Source: an uncultured Planctomycetia bacterium
GTDB lineage: Bacteria; Omnitrophota; Gorgyraeia; Tantalellales; Tantalellaceae
Length of the DNA stretch: 64,000 nt
Direction of reading: 5' to 3'
Assembly: GCA_964572255.1 (NCBI GenBank)
Contig: CAZNEE010000001.1
Location: 66,223 to 130,222, forward strand
The translations under genes were made by a program, and so were the position numbers. Position 1 is the stretch's first letter. Each line of letters begins with the position of its first letter. Positions 42,201 through 43,367 of this stretch are shown in pieces. The notes under the pieces were generated by a model, which ran no database searches, had not been told where the DNA came from, and saw only the letters and a program-made list of their open reading frames with translations.

Positions 42201-42617
42201 GATCTAAATAACATCAAGTTTATTGATAAACGCGGCCTTTCATATAAAGAATTAATATTGAAGATATCGTCAGAGGAAGGTATCACGCCTGACAATATAG
42301 GTATTAGAGCTTGTGAGGGAGAATTTGAAAAAGAAAGATCAGAATTCCGGTACGGAAAACTCCTGGAAGTCAAAGCAATAGACGCGGGCGGAGAGAAGGT
42401 ATATGTAGGTATTAATACATATCAAATACTGTTAAAGATACTGGTGAGCACGCAAAATACAGATGATATTTTCTATGACACAATTGATCTTCCGGGCGTT
42501 TCTTATGACGCTGGGAAGGGAATATTCACGTATTTACCGCGGTCTATTCCTATCGATTATCATAAAGAAATAAGGATCTACAGGAACGCGATGAGGATCA
42601 TAAATTCTGCCGCGTAA
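12219..42617 (+). CDS. Giant (10,132 aa) membrane-embedded modular protein. Order of parts: N-terminal TM anchor plus soluble region; four copies of a multi-TM domain (X0-X3); six HEAT/PBS-lyase-type repeat arrays, each closed by a conserved LEELEEAY...WKQDRMKKQ junction plus TM helix; a midasin-like cassette of six tandem AAA+ domains split by a membrane hairpin; an HETGH motif; a D/E/K-rich linker; a VWA/MIDAS domain; C-terminal TM helices and a tail.
   Basis: Single ORF in the track with no internal stops. Six Walker-A loops (GETGVGKTT, GPTGAAKTS, GESGVGKTS, GPTGSAKTS, GETGAGKTS, GLTGGGKSE), each followed by DGxL..A...G.W..LDE.NLA...(I/V)LER.NSLLDD and (I/V)HPNFR.FA.MNP...GR. A DESGSMG...VIVITDG MIDAS-type VWA signature. 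Dozens of D..VR..AA.ALG.IGD.RAVEPLI..L.D repeats. Confidence 0.85.
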   Translation: MFNINNNIITENNTRPLIMDWQSSRNKKWIRTIALIVIFCFTHQSIGWTENGTPVWTRSVNLPSNIAAKEEVFTSKGINGDKTIINIQDAHASLSAQESIVSVLDSLVSNYDLKLIAVEGSAGRIDTSLLRTFPDKEIRERSAYHLMKKGKMSAGEFFSITSDKEVALYGVEEKDLYRKNVDQFRGIYETNQVIQKDILNLISVLDVLKDNIYSQELKELENNSVLHEKGSITLKERWSFLGKLARRSGVSHKEKKNISKLVQCLELEEEIDFEKANSERSALIDILSKELSKEALEEFVLKSLSYKEGGITQGEYHLYLRNLMKEAGIPSVTYKDLNKFTDYIFLYESIDIISIFEEIKTFENEIKDKLFKNRDQRDLDAFSRYMETIRDLFEIRLVNSDFGYIVQNKDKFTASNLSEFIRNSSSKYGVRVKCDFDLARIFSGIPKALEFYRTVEERNSAILANTIKEMDEKGQSIAALITGGYHTRGLKELLKREETSYIVILPKFDDSEETKRPYIAILTNKKEPYQELLDSGRYYLATSAYCEGIIDLFKSSDSLEGDIREKYFELVDNYGEIFIHNVVMWVTGESDPDKAAGVFRRKFRSNPERIHKECADLIDSWSGSYKSFYDGCEDKELLISPEETKRFLEFLVEEKLGATRESKEEPVLLQGEEKDLQDESYVVRSVIERITSLGGDISDLDRACRILGVTPTPGIREEVLGQLGKMEGAEDAEVSPKEEISEPEEKTLIAEEAGTVEEDIRKTEPSKEKGYEEHAFTVRSAEKAIIVSILLSLLSFAGAVSLLIFNYTSLCYVVFCGLLSLAGVYFIFAAIRYFIIKEDVEERLTRRLVTLGLSEEEASKVVKHIAITHSSIDYYDHVGPQYGKLKEEQILPSKKIRDEFLPKDKEERNKYIAIFKEAALISFKNMHPDSVKNYNRVLLIKHESFSHIRGLLAITPISLHNAAIFGNALTFLSFIGIWIYLFVKDNISMPLAGGVIIAVLTLDIFTQLLIFIKTFIGLQSKFVEANTGLKVFSVSTILFLISFLVLISINPALFSWGVLLWAVITDLLLAGFLALYLTKSEEWHAVVIPVLTLLIGAGCIYHFKIKEAFLSTSELAAKAAFTREPDVKEETVFQILAHKDREEVIPEMVKNLNSNNRKLDNFSVQMLDVLKWEPESLREEVEYHVARRDEKRFQPLKDGMIGLLIDIVKREDADSGARLFSAMLLARECDKRVIEPVLDMWHKIGIISSSGLKEEYSLEADLKMLIENHGSIIYPHLKRFIVDEEWKKRDPEKSVIDSNWLRRQVIARVLAEINDPGTVDLLAIILEDNIDENRNIAVETLIRIGKPAISALKNILESSKFSKARESAAMILKTIGGEEAKAILLQARSDGSPRVRKAVADALNALGWAPGEEQEKIDHFIDNEYWDKIAEIGAPAIYLLERRLDSDDIQYRRRIIYALGNIKDPRAAEIILPLLYDDKSDIRISAADALGASGDKRAVEPLMELLGHSYSPVRGSAARALGKIRDIRAIKTLIKSLETEDKSDAKIEMISALKKFKDKSAKDILIKVLYDDEEGVKESAKKALRAILDMEGMLDELDQAYEGNDREKISTLEKLLTEVDKPALIQWKQDRMKKQAPTFKKYLTIGGIATLALAVLSVIFLVVRKLFKVKKVSGEKDDSTHAFTALSGFIGSGITALLSGGTFMGAVFAFGAGSMALNIIGSFAVIVGFYLGIAAMRYFFLGRATYTAMRDEKLPFKRSLTEPIARSDETQHKAFDHLKDKYKELIKKHEWHENHFIGMLGILLFPSITVSETAWTWDRRINIVRLKWVSIILSYISLAAIGIYAIPIADLVVLPGAAAVISAVLAVNLFMQLVIILKSYVEYGLFEPPVLVFPALAAASMLILNLVNPLFLFPATFWAIFTASIGATAFVSDSLRDRFTIAFAVLLFVLSFAVLPYKVWCAGKETDAVIKVGIEHFSRKKKLDPFAYQISANRKREEIIPKIVELLHNDKYSREFAVRMLEELKWEPQNIEEKVLYLATKERFDEIKLLGRPAIDIIVKGLTDKSSVSRKFSADILKKIEWEPKTQKEKLSYHIADKNWDVLAERGDIAIEQLRTCLEDEDREVRKGAAKVLDKLSWQAETQAEKITYSIAKEDQEMLIEIGAPAADDLIKMLKDKDPNARIFAIKVLEQIDDERVERLLTVRALEDEDENVSTAAGDTLKDMIDVAELLQRLDWAYEKDNRAKIKEIEDVLLRTDNKEALVKWKQDRMKKQALAFKKYLIVGGIATLALVVLSGLFLAVKKLFKVKRSGSTPKLPLIILFVLLSLFSARGIKAQEVPAPTPLPTPQEEIKTEKIPDVDALIEKLKDNDMDIRASAIKKLGEMKEVKAVDPLIEIVKKKCSRKIYIEKGLVESLTVEMPDGTKIICLPDDVACRVQAAKALGNICDKRAVDALIEALKDELSGEPRSSIITDLTLAEAHIGEALAKIGEPAIEPLKKALSEADHHTKRERIANILRKIESAKAAEALLESYKKEKEDPKWVYVNVYNGLIDIGRPAVEVLIKASKDEDIWIRRLALDVLGEIEIGTKEASEEAVDALINALKSGKNHSLDMGPAFINMSKKNTYVVDALIEALKDEDYSVRIDAASALSRICDQKAASPLLDAFLKEKDEIARQAIASALTEIKDPNAIEALKKALEDESSRVRAVAAWALERVDVMTPELKIIRYAKDLEDESVEVRVKAAKALSMMHGQKSKTALIKALCDEEEDVRKLAEKAAEMLETKLILEELEKAYDRDEDREKIIAIEKFIIKTNKPALNEWKRNRMKQRTSPFKKYLVWIGIGTLILVFLGGIAIAVKKVFKFKRSGKTPKLPLIILFVLLSVFSAKGVRAQEAPVPAPQEQEEVENEKEVDRLIKDLGDKDESIRNRAAKALGEIGGPKAIEALIKNMAVTHDLHGIKIVDPRACMDALVKIGEPAVKPLIKSLEDKDGTIRACAAAALDRLGVLTLEHKITKWSADLKDIDKKITVSEIREFDEIKDPDVRVDLLIAALIRGDGREQAEQSLKEINVMTPDILIKKLSHYLDSGNDIFRRGAAKELIKIEDPKVIDILVKMMGSKDEVVHDLAVEKLIEIEWQPKGPEEEVLYIDSLAEELKGYCTPEEQQLIFTALLKIGSKKAVKAIIEACGNEKQERSLYAIRVLVAIGPPAVDPLIEALESKSERIRKMAAKALEIIGDKRAAPGLIKMAKKAKDEEAYWESIDAIKALGGIGDASAVDFLTSVVENKKLGQIMRTEAAEALGKIGDPKAVDALLKAKNSKHYSLRIAAILALGEIGDPRPVEALIKEVGNTSMQNHSYEAIVALGNIGDPRAVEPLSKILDPEVYRSSYQKKAAFISLMQIGRPAAEILVPDWKKRYESFLYNLPREFKEELEMKRIKELALKFLTGSLKNEKTIMRKNAAEGLDDLEWKPATQEEKIIYCIAKEDWKALSETGEAAIPLLEEALRYEDPSISSSIAEILKKMEWKPEVQEEEIYYFIAKTDADALAKIGEPAVEALAELLESDYVSAQNFAKRLLKQFGTKVLLEQLEQAYAEGDREKINMLERRINLYDEEALIKWKRERLEKGAPPFWKYLAVAAGMFVFVLLGGMILAVGKVLKAKKAEKDNSTHAFRALSGFIAGGVTALLAGGVFRAAILTFGIGGLTFNIIGGLVLSIGIYSAIAAVRYFFLSKATYNAMRKEGLSFKDALIKPIAQSNSKTGALIVHKKAHDLLPDKYKKAIIMHESYKSHFIGMLAMPFSLIHDLLNQRVVSAITMINLYAMVIYEFIVWNTVSQLGLTIITAALAMNIGLQILVGIKMLIDRNKSGPDFVSLVWIAINCGFILLNCINPALLSPAVLLIFVMVAALSVTADIEKKADRIDAPVAFFIMMIGFFVVFLLGYGKLNMAFMDTPEMLDHAVHITDDQSSQNKNFYTVRRWVRKYWAAEILANRKEEEVVPELLKEMKGADQHARDIIFKVIKKIDWEPGTVEEKISYYTAKGDIEKLVSLREPAIGALLDILEDGTIENKAAAEEALGRIKVPKTVKVKAEKDEPTEKDPELAETTISGICPPAKSFSTLIQDLKSYKAGTRLDAAKALGDLGNRDAVPYLIEMLHWKIPYENDHLTPDWSPTKADVRKKALEVRSAVVEALGKLKDPRAVDHILSIATERSSSHGYILTETAVIALGKIGSPKAAKSIIETLADWSYKDISIEALVNIGKPAVPDLLEGIKTKGERSSYTRARDYSKNIRAFCAEALGRIQDERALKPLIKALRDGDRLVREHAAIGLGYLKDSKALQPLLNALKDKESDVRSAAAIALGRIEDERAFNALIKAYKTENKGYGEEESLVRAIGHFNNFLAINILASHAEEGTSDLNKFISERLVEIGEPAVKFLIRRINYDEARNILIKIGDPAIKPILEIFRNGDRQQRISAYTALKRMDNLPKGPFIEKLGHKDLLMREQSIEILTKLGWEPGTQEEKIYYYIANKDYDAVSKIGEPAVDVLIEALEYEDVGSRENAARILGELGSKRAVLPLANILEDKDLRNDVSAALRKIVKTSEALEELEEAYKVGDRERIDALEKILTEIDKPALVTWKQERMKKQVPAFKKYLTLGGISLLVLTLLGGVIAAIRKVSKVKKTKAEKDDSGHAFRALSGVAASGIALLFTGGAFVGVFYAWSAGGLVLNIAGGAALSFGIYLAVVSARYFFLGRATYIAMRDEKLSFKDALTIPIATANISRHRHKAYEGLSYKNKKLIDLHESYKSHFIGMLALMFSFIPGLVSSKAINRLTMISILSMTVYKLCVWNAASAFASGIITNLLVVHLAWQVLIFMRVIFEKFFGTSWGYLHEGSESFISLSMILVNGAFLYLGLLNPALLSPVVLFFALAVLMYANDDHQYRSSVIEFSFLPIVLFLVLGVSLFTKVKMASMDTVEVMKTAVQVKDVRNPRNMRYMMRRYWAAEVLANRKKEEVIPQLVSELNNENMDIREIAAEALYKLNWEPKNAEEEFLYHVAGRDIEKLSSLGKAATKPLLDILKEGNRDEKIAAAKAIGRIKDPETGPGLLDALKTASSKYYGDPKLEIVLIEAIGNIRFGKAVPLLLNELKEGNTAARKALVKIGEPAVEPLVKMLEHEKTVFKREKYEGILIEIGKPSAAVERLLEGGSFHNRESAAKILFKIGLYTKELRIKRCKADLKDENCSDIAKAKAEEALRKLGEVPEEGKTYKDIWDSEEARKEKIGKLIKDFESNDEKKQSAAVRELVRIGKPAVLDLIEALQENFAPVEQSAAKALAEIKDPRAIQPLFDKMENDDFDETRMVAAEALKQMGWEPKTDHEKAVYYIAIQAWDKLVEIGPAAVPKIIPRLKDDSPRVRINIINTLGRIKDPSVITRLIQSLRDEPINENVQWNKEHYAEVLGALKRALKAFGEEIVPHLKRELKEGNGKSKKWSIDILEDAGALSKTDLLEALKDEHYSVREFAVLALGRRNDPSVIDRLIEVFNAEKFEVKKFSKSGGFAVREAVVVALSDIGGEKAAGFLIKALKDKDWDVREKAATGLGKLEEKRAVRPLITALKDSNVDVRKQAAWALGQIGGKEAINALLGALEDDAKDVREAAKDALRKIVIAGEKLKELEEAYKKEDREKITEIEDILSIVNKDALEEWKQDRMKKEFPKFGKYLTVGGIIVFLFALISAFGIAVWKTIKKRKNLLLSILLAVTCAGAFYYLNEAFQFADEGGIFSLAGAPFFPVGGIITEGGIDPILAKEMTKFHKLMVKSAKKKIIGQDLRAPYEFTRRDRRRWANFINKYRSEMGITKAFIKGARYVYGDRMRTPDDEEKFIKIFKSLDLKAIADADPVDVDLEDLLKTGNIEYFTELIGSNPAALYSFCVRSDDDVVKEITDMISSEDIDAQKKGILSWAFLPDDVAEYLVAYGLHFDDHRLIEAAVRVAGRKKISNFNSQILKFSRNGDMELAASSLETLAETGDAEIASEVFKDLMTSGDQLFKIFKTRARVVALLGHDKDEYIEKFLRSLENSLGANFPQEARDVLVDAIVELGGRKIAENSLIAIQHAAAGSVRSDVNKVLLRLKQSQGMGKNDHLHFADQEVVELGKKLKGISRSISSGFRRALIENSARYQDFSENPEIFYRNGRSLQFIDTKLPINGRDEDKGFVPDESTTRIVPILRTVQDLEKIAQAAEMEDPLLLVGETGVGKTTLIRYLARLSNNNVRRFNLNGQTDKFEFIGGYKPEQYTLSRDQAYNVVEGLLKKETGHSKEEIVRAVRIISGQDKTCEQAKDILRQAFENKNSETISAIAEAVMNKSFEFKWHYGVLIEAMRRGHWLILDEINLAEPEIVERIRYLLDAHSHLKLSEYNNENWIDSRDYDEMVAKYIKKHERSGKDKETLTKEIVEDLTRQGIHRIHPNFRLFATMNPFGYEGRKELSAALMNKFNVKYIKQFEPDDIKGILKTKYNFSEDLLDKIISIHFGLTDVSGVGGMLGRNEGITYYYTIRHVFRLAERLKRDSENTGDTVIKDYLLQKEIIEIYGDGLRTEDDEKIFSSILYKVIPSSRFMKNDTSKKVTDNTEEGTVRIGDVVLPVNPDGGSLVPGEDSKLLLVKTTREWLEKIAKCILMDEKSLFIGPTGAAKTSMLRYIAHLTNNEFIRVNLDSYADTSDLIGKYIPKEDTKGELRWEDGVLIKAMEKGQWMLLDEFNLADPDILERINSLLDDDGALVVTEHNHERWVPHEKFDRLKAAGHDMSGLRRIHPNFRIFAAMNPERYAGRNRLSRAMMNKFNEKWISGYMSEDEIKHIAYFYATDGSIMEEEPLEGEIADQASAILSAVYLRVREMLEKNELGRGKISGINAEEYNFSLRDLKDWSKFVRKLHGEMGINRAIIEGALYVFRDRLEGIDDKGIFRDEILKRIIQIGNGHESVDIDRLDVLEEEGKSAEELITDVKVTDDDMNVLQRTEIAEIVDMFDNLCMNFPKYLHDDQGLNEIRRRLLTPGSEAAGIRGFALLPEDVAELLLDIVLDSVNPELLMAGCEVAGHLKIDSCNDKLLFLLKHDDFNVRAAAAFAIENVGLRFRDKDLGRPEKLEKKVLGKILLTEKEGGQSVGDYLGLKWIFRRLWIPCLGTMIPFLGLLFWMPLPYWQAAGGLLFSLSAVYIFSYIVLIKFAYPFIYGEQSEAIKKRYETLPLTLDDYYKLYEPGNRYKIKLPYHLKSKPVFGEDSKLRAYALPIFSMAGMVFAAFTGYGGYIGGFTTVSGMITLVIFEILMAVMGLFFSIGFFVLLTSWIATMGEVFSKPLMKRFLKGPEPEDDGFKITLPYSEGTIELFERYKQDQEAKRKALLSKGLAGEAKSPEDIIGVMKDEKIVIKDGKIIIDNIELDMKNSPEALVPDKEAAKLINTISAVRNMKKVAISLLLNEPALLVGESGVGKTSVVRYLASLVNWGFRRFNLNGQTEKTELIGGFRPDENGQFKWVDGILINAMREGSILVLDEINLAESQVLERINSLLDDDRHISIPEKDNMQWIDSRKYDLKVKEVTEKNKVTEEEAREILTEKKIFRIHPDFRLIATMNPVEYAGRNILSPALMNRFKVKWIDEMYSLERVAIFNNMFKNSAGGPLLDLNIVDRLDWLHTRIKDTAQARSIGEQEVDPYYYSIRDFIKLGFRIKEAIGKKERDEDRKLNREERTDIAIRESVLVYVDRIRDAEERNRLISVVEDFLGGFDTSGIEAAGISDTPDKVRIGDIVLDKNDGRGPYVPGKKSVLFDTPTTNRYLAKLAEMVHLNETPLMVGPTGSAKTSIVRYLSYLTKNNFVRVNLDAQTDTSEIIGSYIPVEDREGEFEWRDGLLVTALRKGYWVLLDELNLADPEILERINSLIDDEGCLIITEHEGEKIMSAKEYDRKVAEYVRGRKIVSDPRSEEELTLEAKEHLEKEKIYRVHPNFRLFTAMNPARYSGRNRLSLAMRNKLSEIWISGEMDEHEYKRIISGYLTDNPSKRKMVISMTEIHLGMLEVVNMLDEGTIDKYQFSMRDIKAWANYVNMYGPKIGWDEAFAKGAVYIYYDRLTKAEHRKEFMSFFSELLKEASYSKAYKHAVNFTARSISTKDKEKVTTRNNGFIDVLETTLEVNRSPISKELVPKEDVAKLIHTDSAMKDLEKVAQAAYLNEPSLLIGETGAGKTSLVRYLAHLTNNAFQRFNISGQTEKRDFIGGYHPDEDGKFVWKDGILIEAIKKGEWLVVDEINLAPSQVIERMNSLLDDDGFIVVTEHKGEKYIRQSEYDKKVDEYAYIIMQKEKCSMEEAVRKAKEELTKELVFPIHPNFRFFATMNPSEYAGRQVFSKALINRFRVKWIDIPDKEDVREILKEKYKGKLPQKIINKAIEVHYEMIEGSSGIDEDKVHYTIRHLIRWMERLVLGLEKEWDTDVNRLAFTEGAAIYGDGLPIEEDQEDSLSNEYGGIDNIQLLYNMLEEALEARFGKPQGEENIEITEDEDLVSFGEVSLPENKEERKFYVSGPELKNTGSMKRFLKRIARSVLAVENILLLGLTGGGKSELVRHLSDLTNNNFIAMDLDGQTDVSQLIGQYVPLEGEDRFQWVQGSLLEAMEHGAWILIDELNLAEPEIIERLNSLLDDDASLTVNEHKGEKWIPAKLYDELEANGHDMTYLKKIHENFKLFCAMNPAHYAGRTKMSKAMLNKFYQLWIPQEGTFEEEAEITVHYLDAEASFSDVSEEKLRMEGVIEKNTELAEAARYVNSSSLYLGMNGFGALAYIFDQIKSWRKKRKDDQNKKLELKSLNPQYLLEKSGEEEDEDMGWLKKIRMKRGDKKVNKILKNVSFMKEFYSGEFNTDIRPGAGWAIDLSTTPPTLIYPKKDLEERSADYICGVTMHETGHRDISFLVEKFFKKESTRFLLNAVEDPRVNNWGMVKVPGTKRYFKTMYDEDSPASGRISMADFSKVLPHIQFGLGIIHHWYSGKEHPYIKNPRVLEALQETRPAVTEAYSLLPGTIRVKRYDKERIVVDSSTGRKRFIPLPPVGHTVSVGKTDVQSVERVDEDTIIVTTRKESREISVPEEGGWETLLNNIKPSNDEKKAIAVKSAKIIEEKVLPAYEKLVQESIDQMKKQMSGQGSGQSGQEQDQPGQGGVEAQAEEEVEKQSKEFADDLEGKLPRGEEEKKEEMKKKREERWKKPQDEGKSKAGDKDEEKGEGGGGDEKTEEDKEGGDEKGEGAGEKDEEKDQKGVSSGGEDSAEDKNEVSSESSERSSGGEDKSRSDSAEEKRQKREPSEDGTKKESAADAEGEKQETAQEEDRSKGKPSPVDFGRRLTMKDRLKLDIKLREKIKVEHKDKYDKYYSQAIRLIERLFGTLDNELVKDKKPRYKGWFEAGKLRRMNKAMTMKKTGDMRIWERRSNPTKRSFKFSIVLDESGSMGMGHSESETSQDALKALVLFMEVLSRLDIDFSVIGFSDAPSVHKSLQESFKYKNKDELINEIIEYMGRGLGTYDAAAVNLAVNQLEQESSDSKVIIVITDGYGNGPVEVEKMIREARKKGIEVIGVGVGNGMQYVKSVYHPNATVRTMEELPGVIAKLLIDIIVYRKYTPIDHEEKNQPINAIKLSIASLVNIFAGIGSMFLTDLAPGSVLPWMLGIFSGACIASALIYLVTTMFIEMVFQIGRETAFRSEERKIARTVTYPDGTKRIETEPEFDKLPWIIRKFIIMHEKVHVAGFGEFMAYAFPWIGLFVKTSGKNKKSMIGGDPEIAIGIHKNVSDEVFTEIINILDEKVNIIVTESEEEFAEAIEDANFTGIFIDESITLDSIMTEKVRKDIYSIKLMKTYKGILKVNEISPETRDKIAETIKKIIPEIDKVDIDSVLGTAREIMAKDADLYKNIMSLQGLVAKRKNEIASVYNNMKMDEAVNYGGNLVVATTERIAEFDPFAFDNMQKTEGRSIVNYFIYGDNIKDIDEAKKFARASGYKGDLNNIKFIDKRGLSYKELILKISSEEGITPDNIGIRACEGEFEKERSEFRYGKLLEVKAIDAGGEKVYVGINTYQILLKILVSTQNTDDIFYDTIDLPGVSYDAGKGIFTYLPRSIPIDYHKEIRIYRNAMRIINSAA
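14520..15540 (+). other. Multi-TM domain X0, the first of four paralogous membrane domains (HAF...RYF...).
   Basis: Runs of hydrophobic helices beginning HAFTVRSAEKAIIVSILLSLLSFAGAV. Confidence 0.45.
17098..17190 (+). repeat. Intragenic nucleotide repeat: the WKQDRMKKQ-junction/TM segment, about 88% identical at nucleotide level to 19011-19103. Related copies lie near 20676, 23058, 26103 and 29291.
   Basis: Aligned by eye: tggaaacaggaccgcatgaaaaaacaggcgc...ggcggtatagctacgct versus tggaagcaggaccgcatgaaaaaacaggcgc...ggcggtatagctacgct. Confidence 0.7.
17240..18110 (+). other. Multi-TM domain X1 (KDDSTHAFTALSGF...HEWHENHFIGML...).
   Basis: Paralogous to 23200-24060 and 26250-27120. The nucleotide 17-mer cattttataggcatgct is shared by all three copies. 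Confidence 0.5.
19160..19240 (+). repeat. Intragenic nucleotide repeat encoding an internal signal-peptide-like segment (KLPLIILFVLLSLFSARGIKAQEVP), highly similar to 20822-20905 (KLPLIILFVLLSVFSAKGVRAQEAP).
   Basis: aaacttccgcttatcattttatttgtactgctttc...gcccaggaag versus aaactgccgcttatcattttattcgtattgctttc...gcccaggaag. Confidence 0.7.
23200..24060 (+). other. Multi-TM domain X2 (KDNSTHAFRALSGF...HESYKSHFIGML...).
   Basis: A 26-nt stretch (23565-23590) is identical to 26607-26632. Confidence 0.5.
26250..27120 (+). other. Multi-TM domain X3 (KDDSGHAFRALSGV...HESYKSHFIGML...).
   Basis: Paralogous to X1 and X2, with the same flanking junction before it and the same MASMDT...ANRKKEEVIP entry into the HEAT array after it. 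Confidence 0.5.
30850..31990 (+). other. AAA+ domain 1 of the midasin/MoxR-like (AAA_5-type) cassette.
   Basis: P-loop GETGVGKTT at 30918-30944; GVLIEAMRRGHWLILDEINLAEPEIVERIRYLLD; IHPNFRLFATMNPFGYEGRKELSAALMNKF. Confidence 0.65.
32150..33060 (+). other. AAA+ domain 2.
   Basis: P-loop GPTGAAKTS at 32214-32240; GVLIKAMEKGQWMLLDEFNLADPDILERINSLLDDDG; IHPNFRIFAAMNPERYAGRNRLSRAMMNKF. Confidence 0.65.
34520..35470 (+). other. AAA+ domain 3.
   Basis: P-loop GESGVGKTS at 34584-34610; GILINAMREGSILVLDEINLAESQVLERINSLLDDD; IHPDFRLIATMNPVEYAGRNILSPALMNRF. Confidence 0.65.
35620..36540 (+). other. AAA+ domain 4.
   Basis: P-loop GPTGSAKTS at 35679-35705; GLLVTALRKGYWVLLDELNLADPEILERINSLIDDEG; VHPNFRLFTAMNPARYSGRNRLSLAMRNKL. 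Confidence 0.65.
36760..37640 (+). other. AAA+ domain 5.
   Basis: P-loop GETGAGKTS at 36816-36842; GILIEAIKKGEWLVVDEINLAPSQVIERMNSLLDDDG; IHPNFRFFATMNPSEYAGRQVFSKALINRF. Confidence 0.65.
37870..38420 (+). other. AAA+ domain 6.
   Basis: P-loop GLTGGGKSE at 37926-37952; GSLLEAMEHGAWILIDELNLAEPEIIERLNSLLDDD; IHENFKLFCAMNPAHYAGRTKMSKAMLNKF. Confidence 0.6.
39660..40240 (+). other. D/E/K/G-rich low-complexity acidic linker between the AAA cassette and the VWA domain. It is analogous in position to the D/E-rich region of eukaryotic midasin.
   Basis: QGSGQSGQEQDQPGQGG...EEKKEEMKKKREERWKK...GDKDEEKGEGGGGDEKTEEDKEGGDEKGEG...SSERSSGGEDKSRSD read from the translation. Confidence 0.7.
40527..41050 (+). 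other. von Willebrand factor A (MIDAS) domain.
   Basis: FKFSIVLDESGSMG (DxSxS at 40548-40562)...DFSVIGFSD...KVIIVITDGYGNG...IEVIGVGVGNG. Confidence 0.65.
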
Positions 42618-43308
42618 TTACTTGCCTTTGCGTCAGTGTCGGAATCCCCGTTGATTTAATGTAGCTGATGTGTTTTTTGAATTCGTCTATATGCGTGAAG
42701 AAGCGGTAGGGAGCGTCCCTGTGAGCGCTTTTTGTGTTCTTGTCCGAGACAAGATGAAAAACTTCAATAAGCCACAGGTCTTTTTTACTTACTATTTCGA
42801 TGAGTTTCTCATATTCAGCCATAGGGATATCGGTCGTTATGCAGGTGCCCGTTATCGAATACGGGTCTTTCACGGGGAGTTCATTAAAAGCGAAACTTTC
42901 CGTCGATATTCTTGATGAGGTGTAATATTCAGACGCAAGGGTACGCAGAGATGAAGTCTGGTTATTCTTTATAAAAGGAAACACGAAGGATTCTATGCGG
43001 CCTCCGAACTTCTCTTTCAGGATATCTTTTGACCTCTTCATTTCGCTTTTTACCGCTTTCTCGCCTTCGGAGTTAAATACATCCAGCATGTTGCGGTGTG
43101 TTAAGCTATGAGCGGCTATCTCATGGCCGTTATTTACGAGATATTTTACGTCTTCTTCGCTTATTACATCTCTGTTCTCAAGTGTCTTACCTATATAGGA
43201 GGAGGGAATGGCAAAAGTGGCGGGGATACCATTTTCTGTCAGAAGTTCAGCACAGTGCTTAAAAGTGTCCTTATACCCGTCATCAAAAGCTATGGTTATG
43301 ATTCCCAT
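42598..43308 (-). CDS. Polysaccharide deacetylase (NodB homology domain / CE4 family), 236 aa. Its 3' end overlaps the stop of the giant ORF by 20 nt (convergent).
   Basis: ITIAFDDGYKD (TFDDG-type motif 1) and NGHEIAAHSLTH (HxxxH motif 2). An AAGGGGA Shine-Dalgarno-like sequence precedes the ATG on the minus strand. Confidence 0.85.
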   Translation of the reverse strand: MGIITIAFDDGYKDTFKHCAELLTENGIPATFAIPSSYIGKTLENRDVISEEDVKYLVNNGHEIAAHSLTHRNMLDVFNSEGEKAVKSEMKRSKDILKEKFGGRIESFVFPFIKNNQTSSLRTLASEYYTSSRISTESFAFNELPVKDPYSITGTCITTDIPMAEYEKLIEIVSKKDLWLIEVFHLVSDKNTKSAHRDAPYRFFTHIDEFKKHISYIKSTGIPTLTQRQVITRQNL

Positions 43309-43367
43309 AAATTCCCCTTGTAGCTATTTCCTTTTTTTAGTATATTAGCTTATACAATTGTAACTTG

